The notes: generated from the sequence alone by a model not told the origin. DNA of 64,000 nucleotides from Thermoleophilia bacterium (GCA_041658605.1 JBAZZU010000011.1:3300-67299), one strand, 5' to 3'; shown: positions 30,277-39,792, counted from the first letter of the stretch. Made by a program: numbers and translations.

Positions 30277-30346
30277 GCCCGTGTTCACGGCTTTACCCCG
30301 GCGGGAAGTGTCTAGGAAAAAAGCAGTTGGGTAGTATAGGGGTGAA

Positions 30347-30425
30347 GGTGAAAAAGGCAAACCACTCGTAAGGGTGGGGCGCAAAGCTACAGGACCAGGA
30401 ATACTTGGTCGGCTGGGCTGCCACC
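30347..30425 (+). ncRNA. c-di-GMP-I (GEMM) riboswitch aptamer
   Basis: P1 GGTG/CACC; GGCAAAC-CACTC-GTAA-GGGTG P2; GCGCAAAGC junction; P3 ending GGGCTGCC; G20 and C92 equivalents present. Confidence 0.92.
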
Positions 30426-30444
30426 AGAGGTTCAGGAAGATATG

Positions 30445-30482
30445 GATCTGTGGTTTGCCATCAGGCCGCAGATCTTTTTTTT
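30445..30482 (+). terminator. Riboswitch expression-platform terminator
   Basis: GATCTGTGGTTTG-CCAT-CAGGCCGCAGATC followed by T8, upstream of the pilin RBS. Confidence 0.88.
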
Positions 30483-30528
30483 GTGGTCTGGCGAAAATAA
30501 TAAACAAAATTGAAAAGGAGGTGACAAC

Positions 30529-30921
30529 ATGATTTCGAAACTTGGAAAAAGAATGCAGGTTAAGGGTGAAGGTGGTTTTACTCTGATCGAACTGTTGGTG
30601 GTTATCATCATCATTGCTATCCTGGCAGCGATCGCCATTCCGATGTACTTAAGCCAGCGTCAGAAGGGCTGGAACGCCAACATGCAGAGTGATCTACGTA
30701 ACGCCGCTGTCGCGGAGGAGAGTTACTTCACGGACAATGCAGCTTATACGAACGTGATTGCGAATCTGGAGCTTCAGGGATTCAATCCTTCAGCTAACGT
30801 GACGCTCGCAGTGGCCTCTGCAGATGCTGCCGGATATTGCATTAATGCAACATATACCGGTTACGCGACCAGATATCATCTTAATAGTACAGATGGTGAT
30901 CCCCGGACAGGTACTTGCTAG
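30529..30921 (+). CDS. pilA: Type IVa major pilin
   Basis: GG|FTLIELLVVIIIIAILAAIAIP class III signal, C-terminal Cys pair, AAGGAGGTG RBS. Confidence 0.93.
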   Translation: MISKLGKRMQVKGEGGFTLIELLVVIIIIAILAAIAIPMYLSQRQKGWNANMQSDLRNAAVAEESYFTDNAAYTNVIANLELQGFNPSANVTLAVASADAAGYCINATYTGYATRYHLNSTDGDPRTGTC

Positions 30922-30969
30922 CGAGCCTGACTGAGGTAATTCGAAGCTAGTGTGAGAACAAAATAATAT

Positions 30970-31001
30970 GATGATGGCGGGCCATTCGGCCCGCCATCAT
31001 C
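30970..31001 (+). other. Perfect 14-bp stem-loop between the two pilin genes
   Basis: GATGATGGCGGGCC-ATTC-GGCCCGCCATCATC; no U tract. Confidence 0.8.
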
Positions 31002-31073
31002 TGTAAGAGGCTGATTAACTATCACCCGTTCAGATGCCGATTCAATAGTCGATATCCAGCGGGGGGAGAAAAA

Positions 31074-31472
31074 ATGAAAATGCGCGCTTTCCGGGAAAGC
31101 CTGTCCAGTCGGGACGGCTTTACTCTTATCGAGTTACTGGTCGTAATCATCATCATTGCCATTCTTGCCGCGATAGCCATTCCTGTTTATCTTACCCAGC
31201 GCCAGAAAGCCTGGGATGCCAACAGTAAAAGTGATCTGAATACCGCCGCTGTTGCCCAGGCGACTTATAACGCGGATTTCGGTGTTTATACCGGCGACGA
31301 GGCCGATCTTAAAGCCCGGGGTTATAACAGGTCCGCGAATATTACACTCTCAATTCCCACGAGCGGCGCCACGTTCTGTATGGAGACCTTCCATAGCGGT
31401 GATCCATCAAGGGTCTGGTTCGTGGATAGTGGTTCGGGCAGTCCGAACCCAACGCTTGGTAATTGTCCCTGA
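31074..31472 (+). CDS. Second major-type pilin paralogue
   Basis: DG|FTLIELLVVIIIIAILAAIAIP; C-terminal Cys pair. Confidence 0.92.
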   Translation: MKMRAFRESLSSRDGFTLIELLVVIIIIAILAAIAIPVYLTQRQKAWDANSKSDLNTAAVAQATYNADFGVYTGDEADLKARGYNRSANITLSIPTSGATFCMETFHSGDPSRVWFVDSGSGSPNPTLGNCP

Positions 31473-31808
31473 TATCCAGATCTTAATCCGGTCCGGCAAT
31501 TTCGGATACACTGCTGATACACCGATTCACCAGCGTATTTCCTTAAGCTCAGGTTTCATCTGCCAGGTTATTTTGCGCAGGCTCCGGGACCGTCAGCAGC
31601 CTTTCTGATGAGGGTGAGATTCTAAGTAATCAGCTTCCCCTCTTCCCGCCTGGACCGCCGCATGTACCTTCTTCCAGTCCTTTTCTAATAGAACCCATCA
31701 ATGATTATTTCAAGGCGCCTGGGAATGTGCCCAGGGAAACTGGACCTGATCAGACCATATAGGAATCAACCCGGCTGTCGATGCAACTATAGAAGGGATT
31801 GTTGCACC

Positions 31809-32390
31809 ATGTCTGTTTGCGTTCGACATAGCGTTTGTTTGTTGCCATGTGGAGTCCAGTATTCCTCGTGGGCATTTAGAAGTACCCAGAAGGCCTCTTC
31901 AGCAATAAATCGTTCATCAATCTCCATACGCTCGCATGATGCGCGTGGCTTCACAATGATCGAGGTAATGATCACCGTTGCGCTGATGAGCATCCTCATG
32001 GTTATGACGGCGGGTGCGCTCACCTACTATTTTTCGGGTAAGGCGCTGGACACATCGACGAGGGAGCTGACTTCCCAGATAAGAGAGGCACAGACACTTG
32101 CGGTGTCTACCGGAAACACATACAGGATAGATTTCAGCAATCCGGACAGGAAGAGCTATCAGATGCAATACAGGCAGGGTGGCAACTGGGTAAATGTCAG
32201 GGCAGCTCAGCGGCTTCCAGGTGACACTGAGTTCAGCTCCGGTTCACTGCCATCTTTTGGCGGAGATACATATATGGATTTCTATCCCAGGGGAACAACT
32301 GAAAGCGGCCAGATAGTGGTTCACGACCGTTTTGGCAGAAGCAAAACCGTAAGCGTGAACGGTGAGACCGCCAACGTCAACGTTAACTAG
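31809..32390 (+). CDS. FimT/GspH-like minor pilin
   Basis: RG|FTMIEVMITVALM at about 31947-31990, F.P.GT motif near C-terminus; start uncertain (ORF open from 31701). Confidence 0.8.
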   Translation: MSVCVRHSVCLLPCGVQYSSWAFRSTQKASSAINRSSISIRSHDARGFTMIEVMITVALMSILMVMTAGALTYYFSGKALDTSTRELTSQIREAQTLAVSTGNTYRIDFSNPDRKSYQMQYRQGGNWVNVRAAQRLPGDTEFSSGSLPSFGGDTYMDFYPRGTTESGQIVVHDRFGRSKTVSVNGETANVNVN

Positions 32391-32404
32391 AAAAGGGTAG
32401 GAGA

Positions 32405-34144
32405 GTGAGATCAATTTTTAAAAAAATAATAAATCACCGGGTGGGCCACGAGGGCATTGCTACGGAAGAAGGATTGACGCTAATAGAGATAATGGTGTCG
32501 ATGATGATCTTCCTCGTGATCTCTGTGGGTGTCGCCGGATCTCTGATCACCGGTTTGCGCACGACGGTTAGCACGCGACTGTCTACTATGGGCAAGGATG
32601 TCGCCCAGCATAGAATCGAGGAGATGCGCGCTCGCGTCTTCTATGTTCCCTATAGTTCCGACCCTAACGTGGGGACGACAAACGACATCGACCTGCTTGA
32701 TATTTATTATCCGAACCTGAACACATATTCGCAGACAGATGCTCAGGGGTGGAGCGGCCGCTATTATTCCGGCAGCAACGCGCATTATACGAAAGTGTCG
32801 CCTGCGGACAGCCAGGGTATCGTGACCACTGTGGAGATGTGGTTTGTCGACAGCAACCGTTACGTGGTTGTTCCTCCGAGTTCATATGATTCCAACATCG
32901 CTGATTCAGATAAACCTCCTACTGAGCTTGTCCAGGTCAAGGTCACAACTGCCTGGGCTGATCGCGCGGGCGAAAACACTTATGTTCTGGATTCCCTGAT
33001 CTCCTCTACCGGCCAGTCTCCGAGCGAGGTAGCTGGTTGTGTCAACGCCTCAAACAGCCGGGTCGACGCGATTGGCCTGATATTGACGGCTTCCAGTGGA
33101 ACGGCTGATCCTTACACAGCCCTGGTGAATGGCAAAATGGGTGAAGCACATGTAGAGGCAAATTATGGCTGCGTACCTGATATAAGGGTCAACGCTACCG
33201 GGGGTCAGATGACTACCGCTGCCGGAAGCGTTTATACGGGCGCAACTGTATCCGTCTCCGGACCGCCTGCCGTAGATCAGACAGTAGGTCCCACAAGTGT
33301 GGGCCCACCGGCAGGATATCCCAAACCGACGATCAGTAATACCCGAGCCCGAGGCCAAATCGAGGATGAAAATGGGTTGATGGAAATCGAGGCTGAGGGT
33401 GAAGCGATAGTCGGGACCCAGTCACTTCAGTTAAACGAGGTCAGTGGAACACCGACTGACTCTCTGTCCGGATTTAAACGATGGGATTTTCTCAATCCGA
33501 CGATTACGGCGGTCGGTAGTAACGGCGGGGATGATGGTGAGGACATCGAGGCCGAAATCGAGCAGGAGAACGGACATACAACGGGCAAGGCTGAGGTACG
33601 TTACCAGACGATAAATATCCTGCCGTTGCAGAAGTGGCCGACATCGACCACGACAAACCCATCCGCCGCGCAGGGTATCGTCTTTATCCGGGATTTTGTA
33701 GCGAATGCTCAATCAAGCGTTGAGGGAACGCCAGGCAGTGCATACAACACCTTGACGTATGCATTTACTTTAGGGATGTTCAACCCCAACAAGTCAGGGT
33801 GTACATATTCGAGTACGGGTGACGCGTGCTATGACCTTTATAGCATCAGCCCGTCAAATCCCATCCAGACCGCCGCACCCCTCAGCAGTTCGAACTACAG
33901 GTTGCAGAATGCTTTGATGACGGAATGGTACAGCTATACGGCTGAAGATATCAGCAATGCGATGTATGCGACTGCTGATGGAAAAAACGCAGCGATAACC
34001 GTGGATGCCCTCGTAAAGATTTCAGCCAAGTTCGGTACTGAGATCAGATGGAAGACAAGCAATAACGCTATAACCCTTGTCAGCCAGGGCGGCCTTCAGC
34101 AAGCCTGGATCGGGGCTTTCGATATCTCGCTAGAGAAACAATAG
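32405..34144 (+). CDS. PilV-like minor pilin with large C-terminal extension
   Basis: EG|LTLIEIMVSMMIF, VQVKVTTAW motif, then about 380 aa Ser/Thr/Gly-rich beta-type region. Confidence 0.8.
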   Translation: MRSIFKKIINHRVGHEGIATEEGLTLIEIMVSMMIFLVISVGVAGSLITGLRTTVSTRLSTMGKDVAQHRIEEMRARVFYVPYSSDPNVGTTNDIDLLDIYYPNLNTYSQTDAQGWSGRYYSGSNAHYTKVSPADSQGIVTTVEMWFVDSNRYVVVPPSSYDSNIADSDKPPTELVQVKVTTAWADRAGENTYVLDSLISSTGQSPSEVAGCVNASNSRVDAIGLILTASSGTADPYTALVNGKMGEAHVEANYGCVPDIRVNATGGQMTTAAGSVYTGATVSVSGPPAVDQTVGPTSVGPPAGYPKPTISNTRARGQIEDENGLMEIEAEGEAIVGTQSLQLNEVSGTPTDSLSGFKRWDFLNPTITAVGSNGGDDGEDIEAEIEQENGHTTGKAEVRYQTINILPLQKWPTSTTTNPSAAQGIVFIRDFVANAQSSVEGTPGSAYNTLTYAFTLGMFNPNKSGCTYSSTGDACYDLYSISPSNPIQTAAPLSSSNYRLQNALMTEWYSYTAEDISNAMYATADGKNAAITVDALVKISAKFGTEIRWKTSNNAITLVSQGGLQQAWIGAFDISLEKQ

Positions 34145-34158
34145 ACAAGAGGACAGGC

Positions 34159-34764
34159 ATGAGCAGATTATTGAAAAGGGTTGAATTTGAGCGCAGCGGA
34201 CGTGAGCAGGGATTCACTCTGATCGAGATGCTGGTTTCGATCTCGATCCTGACCGTAATCATGGCGGGCATGTTCACTTTCCTGTTCGGCGCGAGCAGGC
34301 ACTGGAACACAGGCCAGAACAGCGCGGACATGACCGAGAACGCGAGGTTGGGATTAAACCGCATGACGCGCGAGATAAAGCAGTCAACCCAGGTTACGGA
34401 TGCCCAGACGGCGCAGGTCACATTCACGGTCAATTTTGGCAGCGGTAGCGAGACGATCACATATGGCTTTTCACCCGGCTCTAATGGTGAGCCTGGAGAA
34501 GTCTGGCGAAATACCTCAGCATCACCAGGAAATATAACTCTTATAAGCAATGTAGAGAGCGTCCAGTTTGTCTATTACGGGAATGATTACAAATGCGACA
34601 TCAATAATGACGGCATCATCAGGGATTTAGAGCTCCAGGGTTGCGGCGGCAGCGCGGTATCCAAGATTGCAAGGGTGGATTTCATTCTTAACATGAGAGC
34701 CGGCAATGAATCGGTCCAGACTTTTGCGGATCAGGCGTGGCTGAGAAATCGAACGGCAGACTAA
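34159..34764 (+). CDS. PilW/GspJ-like minor pilin
   Basis: QG|FTLIEMLVSISIL, LNRMTREIK helix. Confidence 0.85.
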   Translation: MSRLLKRVEFERSGREQGFTLIEMLVSISILTVIMAGMFTFLFGASRHWNTGQNSADMTENARLGLNRMTREIKQSTQVTDAQTAQVTFTVNFGSGSETITYGFSPGSNGEPGEVWRNTSASPGNITLISNVESVQFVYYGNDYKCDINNDGIIRDLELQGCGGSAVSKIARVDFILNMRAGNESVQTFADQAWLRNRTAD

Positions 34765-34775
34765 TGAGGGGTGAA

Positions 34776-36104
34776 ATGAAATCCATACCAAAAACTCACG
34801 CCCGTTTTATTTATGAGGAACAAGGTGTCGCCCTGATGACGGTGATAATTCTGACCGCGGTATTGATGATTATAGCGGCAGGCATGTATGTGGTCGCAAG
34901 CCGAGAGTCAAAAATGACTCAGGCGGACTTCGCCGGTGGCCAGGCATTCAATTACGCTGAGGGCGGGATTGAGAATGCCCTGGACATTTTGAATTACGCC
35001 GCGACAGAGTCACAATTGACGCAGCAACGCGCCGACCAGAGCGCAAATAATTATGGTTACCTGATGGATCCGAACGCCTCAAGCCGTCAGAACCCGACCG
35101 ACCCGGTTGAAATGAGAATAGGGAACGATTCTTACACGGTATATATGGATACGGTTGATGAGAATGGAAACCATTGTACAAACTGTGGCCTTAACCTGAC
35201 GACACATAATCCATCCTATATATTAATCACGGCTGAAGGGCAGTCTGGAACCGGTTACCGTAAACTGCAACAGCGGGTTCAGGTCGCGGCCAGCGGTTAC
35301 CCTCTGACTTTCTATATAACCGGGGATGCATATCTGAACGGCGGGCCCACGATAGCCAACGAAAGTATATATGTGCGGGGCAGTTTCTACGGGCGTGAAA
35401 AGCTCACTATCAGCGGAACTGACCAGATGTATGGGGGTCCCGCTGGGGTGCGCGCTACCGGTTCCATCTATGCCAAGGCTAATGGAGGCAGCAGCCAGAT
35501 TTATACCAGCTCAGGCGGGCATAGCAGTTACTGGGCCGCAAATTACATAAACGACCGCGACAGCAGGGGACCGACCGGGAACAGGTTCACCCTGACCGAG
35601 CTGGAAAGTGTTTTTGGCACCACCGGACTGTCGGCGAGCCAGCTGGCCTCTCTCAAAGCGATGGCAAAAACCTCAGGTTACTATAACGACAATCCCGGTA
35701 ATGGCGTGATAATACAGCAGGGTGATATTCCCAGTCATTCGGGTGACATTGTTATCTATGTTGATTTTCCATCGGGAATCCCGAATGACAACGAGGTGAA
35801 CATCAAGTTTGAGTGGCCTCACACTCCGTATACTTCCGGAAAGGCATACATAATCGTACTGAACGGCAGCGTCAAGTTGACTGGCAGTGCGATCGGCGCT
35901 TCGCAGGGAATAATCTACAGCCCGGATGGAGAGGTAAGGTCTGATGGTAGCGGAGGTGGCACCTTTACCGGTTTTGTTTATGGCAAGGGGATGACAAATA
36001 TCGGCAATTTCAATTTCACCATGACATCGGCATTCCTGAATGACCCGCCTTTCTTTGCATGGATCGTTTACCGGGAAACCGCGTGGATGGAAGTCGACAG
36101 ATAA
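34776..36104 (+). CDS. PilX/GspK-like minor pilin
   Basis: QG|VALMTVIIL lacking Glu5, AFNYAEGG, ILITAEG; start placed after GAGGGGTG. Confidence 0.82.
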   Translation: MKSIPKTHARFIYEEQGVALMTVIILTAVLMIIAAGMYVVASRESKMTQADFAGGQAFNYAEGGIENALDILNYAATESQLTQQRADQSANNYGYLMDPNASSRQNPTDPVEMRIGNDSYTVYMDTVDENGNHCTNCGLNLTTHNPSYILITAEGQSGTGYRKLQQRVQVAASGYPLTFYITGDAYLNGGPTIANESIYVRGSFYGREKLTISGTDQMYGGPAGVRATGSIYAKANGGSSQIYTSSGGHSSYWAANYINDRDSRGPTGNRFTLTELESVFGTTGLSASQLASLKAMAKTSGYYNDNPGNGVIIQQGDIPSHSGDIVIYVDFPSGIPNDNEVNIKFEWPHTPYTSGKAYIIVLNGSVKLTGSAIGASQGIIYSPDGEVRSDGSGGGTFTGFVYGKGMTNIGNFNFTMTSAFLNDPPFFAWIVYRETAWMEVDR

Positions 36105-36153
36105 GAGGTATTGCGACTTGAACTTGTGGGATCCTGATCTCAGGACATGGTGC

Positions 36154-36189
36154 AATGCGGCCCGCTTTCAGCGGGCCGCATTAATTTAT
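36154..36189 (+). terminator. Terminator of the pilus operon
   Basis: AATGCGGCCCGC-TTTCA-GCGGGCCGCATT then AT-rich tail. Confidence 0.7.
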
Positions 36190-36328
36190 GGCAAAGCCTG
36201 GAAGTTAGACGCGGAGGTTTTCAGGGAAGATATGCGAACAGTAATGGTGTCTATCCTGCCGGGTTTAGCCGCGGCAGGCTTCTTGCTGCCAGTTGGTTTG
36301 GCGACAGAATTCATAAATGGAGCTGTGG

Positions 36329-39139
36329 ATGCATCTGAGTCAATTGTCTCCTGAGGAACTGTTCAGCGAACTGGGGTCCCGGCCAGCCGGACTGTCACAG
36401 GAAGAAGTCGCCTCAAAGCTCGCGCAGTATGGCCCCAACGAGATCGTCGAGGCCAGAAAGACACCGCTCATCTTCCGGTTCCTGGCAAATTTCTATCATA
36501 CCTTCGCATTGCTTTTGTGGGCTGCCGGCGCCCTTGCTTTTGTGGCCGCCATGCCAGAGCTTGGCTGGGCGATAATCGCCGTCATCTTCATCAATGCCCT
36601 TTTCAGCTTCTGGCAGGAATTCCAGGCTGAGAAAGCCGTTGAGGCGCTCAAGAAAATACTCCCGGTGCGCGCACGCGTGATCAGGGGCGGTGACCTGGTG
36701 GAGATTCTCGCCGTCGACCTGGTGCCCGGTGACATTATCGCGCTGCAGGAGGGCGACAATATTTCGGCCGATGCCCGCCTTATCGAGGAGAGCGAGCTCA
36801 GGGTAAACGCGGCTACGCTTACCGGCGAATCGGAACCGGTAAGGAAAATGGCTGGGCCTGTTTCGGGTGAAGGGCTTACAGCGAGCGAGATTCCCAACCT
36901 GGTGCTGACCGGGACCAGCGTCGCTCTGGGTTCCGGAAAAGCGATTGTTTTTTCGACCGGCATGAAGACGGAGTTCGGCAAGATCGCGTCGATGACTCAG
37001 AAGGTCGAAGTCGAACTCAGTCCGCTGCAGAAGGAAGTCAACCGTGTGGCGCTGATCATAGCAGCAGTCGCCCTGGTCATGGGGGCGGGGCTGTTCGGCG
37101 TGGCCGCGCTTTTTACGCCTCTGAGTTTTTCCGCGGCCGCGATTTTTGCGATAGGCATGCTTGTGGCCAACGTGCCGGAGGGTTTGTTGCCGACGGTCAC
37201 ATTATCGCTGGCGATGGCCGTCAAGAGGATGGCGCGCAAGAATGCCCTGGTCAAGAAGCTGTCGGGCGTGGAAACGCTTGGCAGCACTACGGTTATCTGC
37301 ACTGATAAGACCGGAACGTTGACCCAGAATGAGATGACGGTGCGGAACCTCTGGGCCAATGGGAAACTCGTCGAGGTGACGGGTGCGGGTTATGAACCCG
37401 TGGGTGAGTTTCTGGCTGACGGTGGTGTGCTGGGGGAGCATGACCGGAAGAGCATCGATCTGCTGATGAAGATCTCGGCGCTTTGCAACAACGCGAGGCT
37501 GGCGGATCCGGAAAGTCCCGGTGAGCGGTGGACGATAGTCGGTGATCCTACCGAGGCATCACTCCTTGTTGCCGCGAAAAAGTGGGGTTTTGACATCAAG
37601 GCCGAGGGAAGCAGGAACCCGCGGCTGTACGAGCTTCCTTTCGAGTCGCGCCGCAAGAGGATGAGCGTGATATTCGGAGACGGTCTGGTTTCGGAACAAT
37701 CGGCCGCGGGACATGAAGGTCCCGGGCAGGCAAAAGGAAATAGTATGGCGGCTTATGTGAAGGGTGCCCCGAAAGAGGTGCTGTCACTCTGCTCGCATGT
37801 TCTGCTCGACGGCGAGGTCCGGTCGCTGGATGATGAGCAAAAAGCTGGCATTATCTCGCGCAACGATGAACTCGCCCGCGCGGGCCTGCGGGTGCTGGCC
37901 ATGTCTTATCGGCTGGTCGCGCGGGATATCGAAATCAAGCCGGAGCAGGTCGAGCAGGATATGGTATTCGTCGGTCTGATGGCGATGATGGATCCGCCGC
38001 GTCCAGAGGTTCAGGAAGCAATCGCGTACTGCGGGGATGCGGGCATCAGGGTCATCATGATAACCGGTGACTATGGGCTCACGGCTGAATCGATTGCCCG
38101 GCGTATCGGTCTGCTGGGACCGTCCCCGGCCCTGATCGTAAACGGCGGCGATCTCGAAAACATGCCGGATGAGAAGCTGGCCGAGATCGTGGAGGACAGA
38201 CAGATACTGTTTGCCAGGGTATCCCCGGAGCACAAGATGAGGATCGCCGGCGCGCTTCAGGAAAAGGGCGAGATAGTGGCGATGACAGGGGACGGGGTCA
38301 ACGACGCGCCCGCGTTGAAGAAGGCAAACATCGGCGTCGCCATGGGAATATCCGGCACCGATGTGGCCAAGGAGGCGGCGACGATCATTCTAACCGACGA
38401 TAATTTCGCCACGATCGTCGGGGCGGTTGAGGAGGGCCGGGTCGTCTATGACAACATGCGCAAGTTTCTCGCCTACATCTTTGCGCACGCTACTCCGGAG
38501 GTTGTGCCGTTCGCAGCTTTCGTGCTGTTCGGGATTCCGCTTCCGTTGGTGGTCATGCAGATTCTCGCCATCGACCTGGGAACCGAGACGCTGCCCGCAC
38601 TGGCGCTGGGGGTGGAGCGGGCTGAACCCGATATCATGAAACGTCCTCCGCGTTCACGCAAGGACCGGCTGGTCGACAGGCACATGCTGTTCCGCGCCTG
38701 GGTATTCCTGGGCCTGATCGAGGCGGTACTGGTGATGGGCGGCTATTTCTGGGTACTGTATTCAGGAGGATGGCATTGGGGGGATGAGCTTGGTTCTTCT
38801 GAACACCTTTATCTTCAGGCGACGACCATGACATGGGCCGGGATTGTGGCCACCCAGGTAGGTACGGCTTTTGCCTGCCGGACCAACAGGGTCTCGGTGT
38901 TTCGCGTCGGGTTCTGGACGAACAAGTGGCTACTCTGGGGTATCGTGTTTGAGGTCGTGCTCACCGTATTGATAGTGTATGTACCGTTCCTGCAAAGAGT
39001 ATTTCAAACGACCGGGCTCGGTTGGGAGCATTGGGTGGTGCTGGGATTTTTCGCGCCGATTATGTTCCTCAGTGACGAGCTCCGAAAACTTGTCAACAGA
39101 AAAGTGCTTACCAGTCCAGCCGTGGGAGGAGTGCGATGA
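36329..39139 (+). CDS. P-type cation ATPase, Na,K/H,K-ATPase-like (P2C-like)
   Basis: TGES, VANVPEGLL, DKTGT, KGAP, MDPPR, TGDGVND, IDLGTE; start placed at ATG after GGAG. Confidence 0.92.
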   Translation: MHLSQLSPEELFSELGSRPAGLSQEEVASKLAQYGPNEIVEARKTPLIFRFLANFYHTFALLLWAAGALAFVAAMPELGWAIIAVIFINALFSFWQEFQAEKAVEALKKILPVRARVIRGGDLVEILAVDLVPGDIIALQEGDNISADARLIEESELRVNAATLTGESEPVRKMAGPVSGEGLTASEIPNLVLTGTSVALGSGKAIVFSTGMKTEFGKIASMTQKVEVELSPLQKEVNRVALIIAAVALVMGAGLFGVAALFTPLSFSAAAIFAIGMLVANVPEGLLPTVTLSLAMAVKRMARKNALVKKLSGVETLGSTTVICTDKTGTLTQNEMTVRNLWANGKLVEVTGAGYEPVGEFLADGGVLGEHDRKSIDLLMKISALCNNARLADPESPGERWTIVGDPTEASLLVAAKKWGFDIKAEGSRNPRLYELPFESRRKRMSVIFGDGLVSEQSAAGHEGPGQAKGNSMAAYVKGAPKEVLSLCSHVLLDGEVRSLDDEQKAGIISRNDELARAGLRVLAMSYRLVARDIEIKPEQVEQDMVFVGLMAMMDPPRPEVQEAIAYCGDAGIRVIMITGDYGLTAESIARRIGLLGPSPALIVNGGDLENMPDEKLAEIVEDRQILFARVSPEHKMRIAGALQEKGEIVAMTGDGVNDAPALKKANIGVAMGISGTDVAKEAATIILTDDNFATIVGAVEEGRVVYDNMRKFLAYIFAHATPEVVPFAAFVLFGIPLPLVVMQILAIDLGTETLPALALGVERAEPDIMKRPPRSRKDRLVDRHMLFRAWVFLGLIEAVLVMGGYFWVLYSGGWHWGDELGSSEHLYLQATTMTWAGIVATQVGTAFACRTNRVSVFRVGFWTNKWLLWGIVFEVVLTVLIVYVPFLQRVFQTTGLGWEHWVVLGFFAPIMFLSDELRKLVNRKVLTSPAVGGVR

Positions 39140-39783
39140 AATTCGTAGTTCTGGGGTGTGGACGCGTCGGAGCCCAGTTGGCCGGCGCCCTCAATGTTGA
39201 AGGCCATGATGTTTCGATAATCGACAAGGATCCCAGGTCGTTTCGAAGGCTGGGGAGTTTCTTCAAGGGCGAGAAGATCGAGGGGATAGGCTTTGACCGC
39301 GACGTCCTGATCAAGGCCGGCATAGAACGGGCGGACGGATTCGCCTCGGTGACAAACGGGGATAACAGCAACATCATCTCCGCTTTGATAGCCAGGCGGG
39401 TTTTCCAGGTGCCGCGCGTGATCACCCGGATATATGATCCGCAACGCGCAAATATCTACAAGCAGTTCGGCATCCCCACGATTTCATCGACCATATGGGG
39501 AGCCAATGAGTTGCGCGAACATCTGCTGTATGCCGAGCTGAAGAGCGAGATGTCATTCGGCAGTGGTGAGGCGGAGCTGCTTGAATTCGAGGCTCCGGCG
39601 CAAATGGTGGGAAGATCCGTTGGCGATCTCTCTATTGCCGGACAGGTAGTGGTCACCTGCGTTGTAAGGCTGGGCCGGGCGATGGTCCCGACGACGGCGA
39701 CAGTATTTGAGGACGGCGACCTGGTCTACGCGTGTGTCGCCAATGAAGCGCTGGGGAAATTCAAAGACCTGATCGGCTATTAG
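39136..39783 (+). CDS. trkA: TrkA-family RCK protein
   Basis: GCGRVG Rossmann motif, DNSN, TrkA-C domain; ATGA overlap with the ATPase. Confidence 0.9.
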   Translation: MKFVVLGCGRVGAQLAGALNVEGHDVSIIDKDPRSFRRLGSFFKGEKIEGIGFDRDVLIKAGIERADGFASVTNGDNSNIISALIARRVFQVPRVITRIYDPQRANIYKQFGIPTISSTIWGANELREHLLYAELKSEMSFGSGEAELLEFEAPAQMVGRSVGDLSIAGQVVVTCVVRLGRAMVPTTATVFEDGDLVYACVANEALGKFKDLIGY

Positions 39784-39792
39784 GAGGCCGCC

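Noticed and set aside
30347-30425. cGAMP-sensing GEMM-Ib variant with Hypr-type cyclases, as in Geobacter
   Set aside because: Position 20 equivalent is G, and both GGDEF proteins keep the Asp (GHQKGD) rather than Ser/Thr
30253-30507. 84-aa minus-strand ORF
   Set aside because: It is the antisense reading of the c-di-GMP riboswitch and terminator; no protein motif
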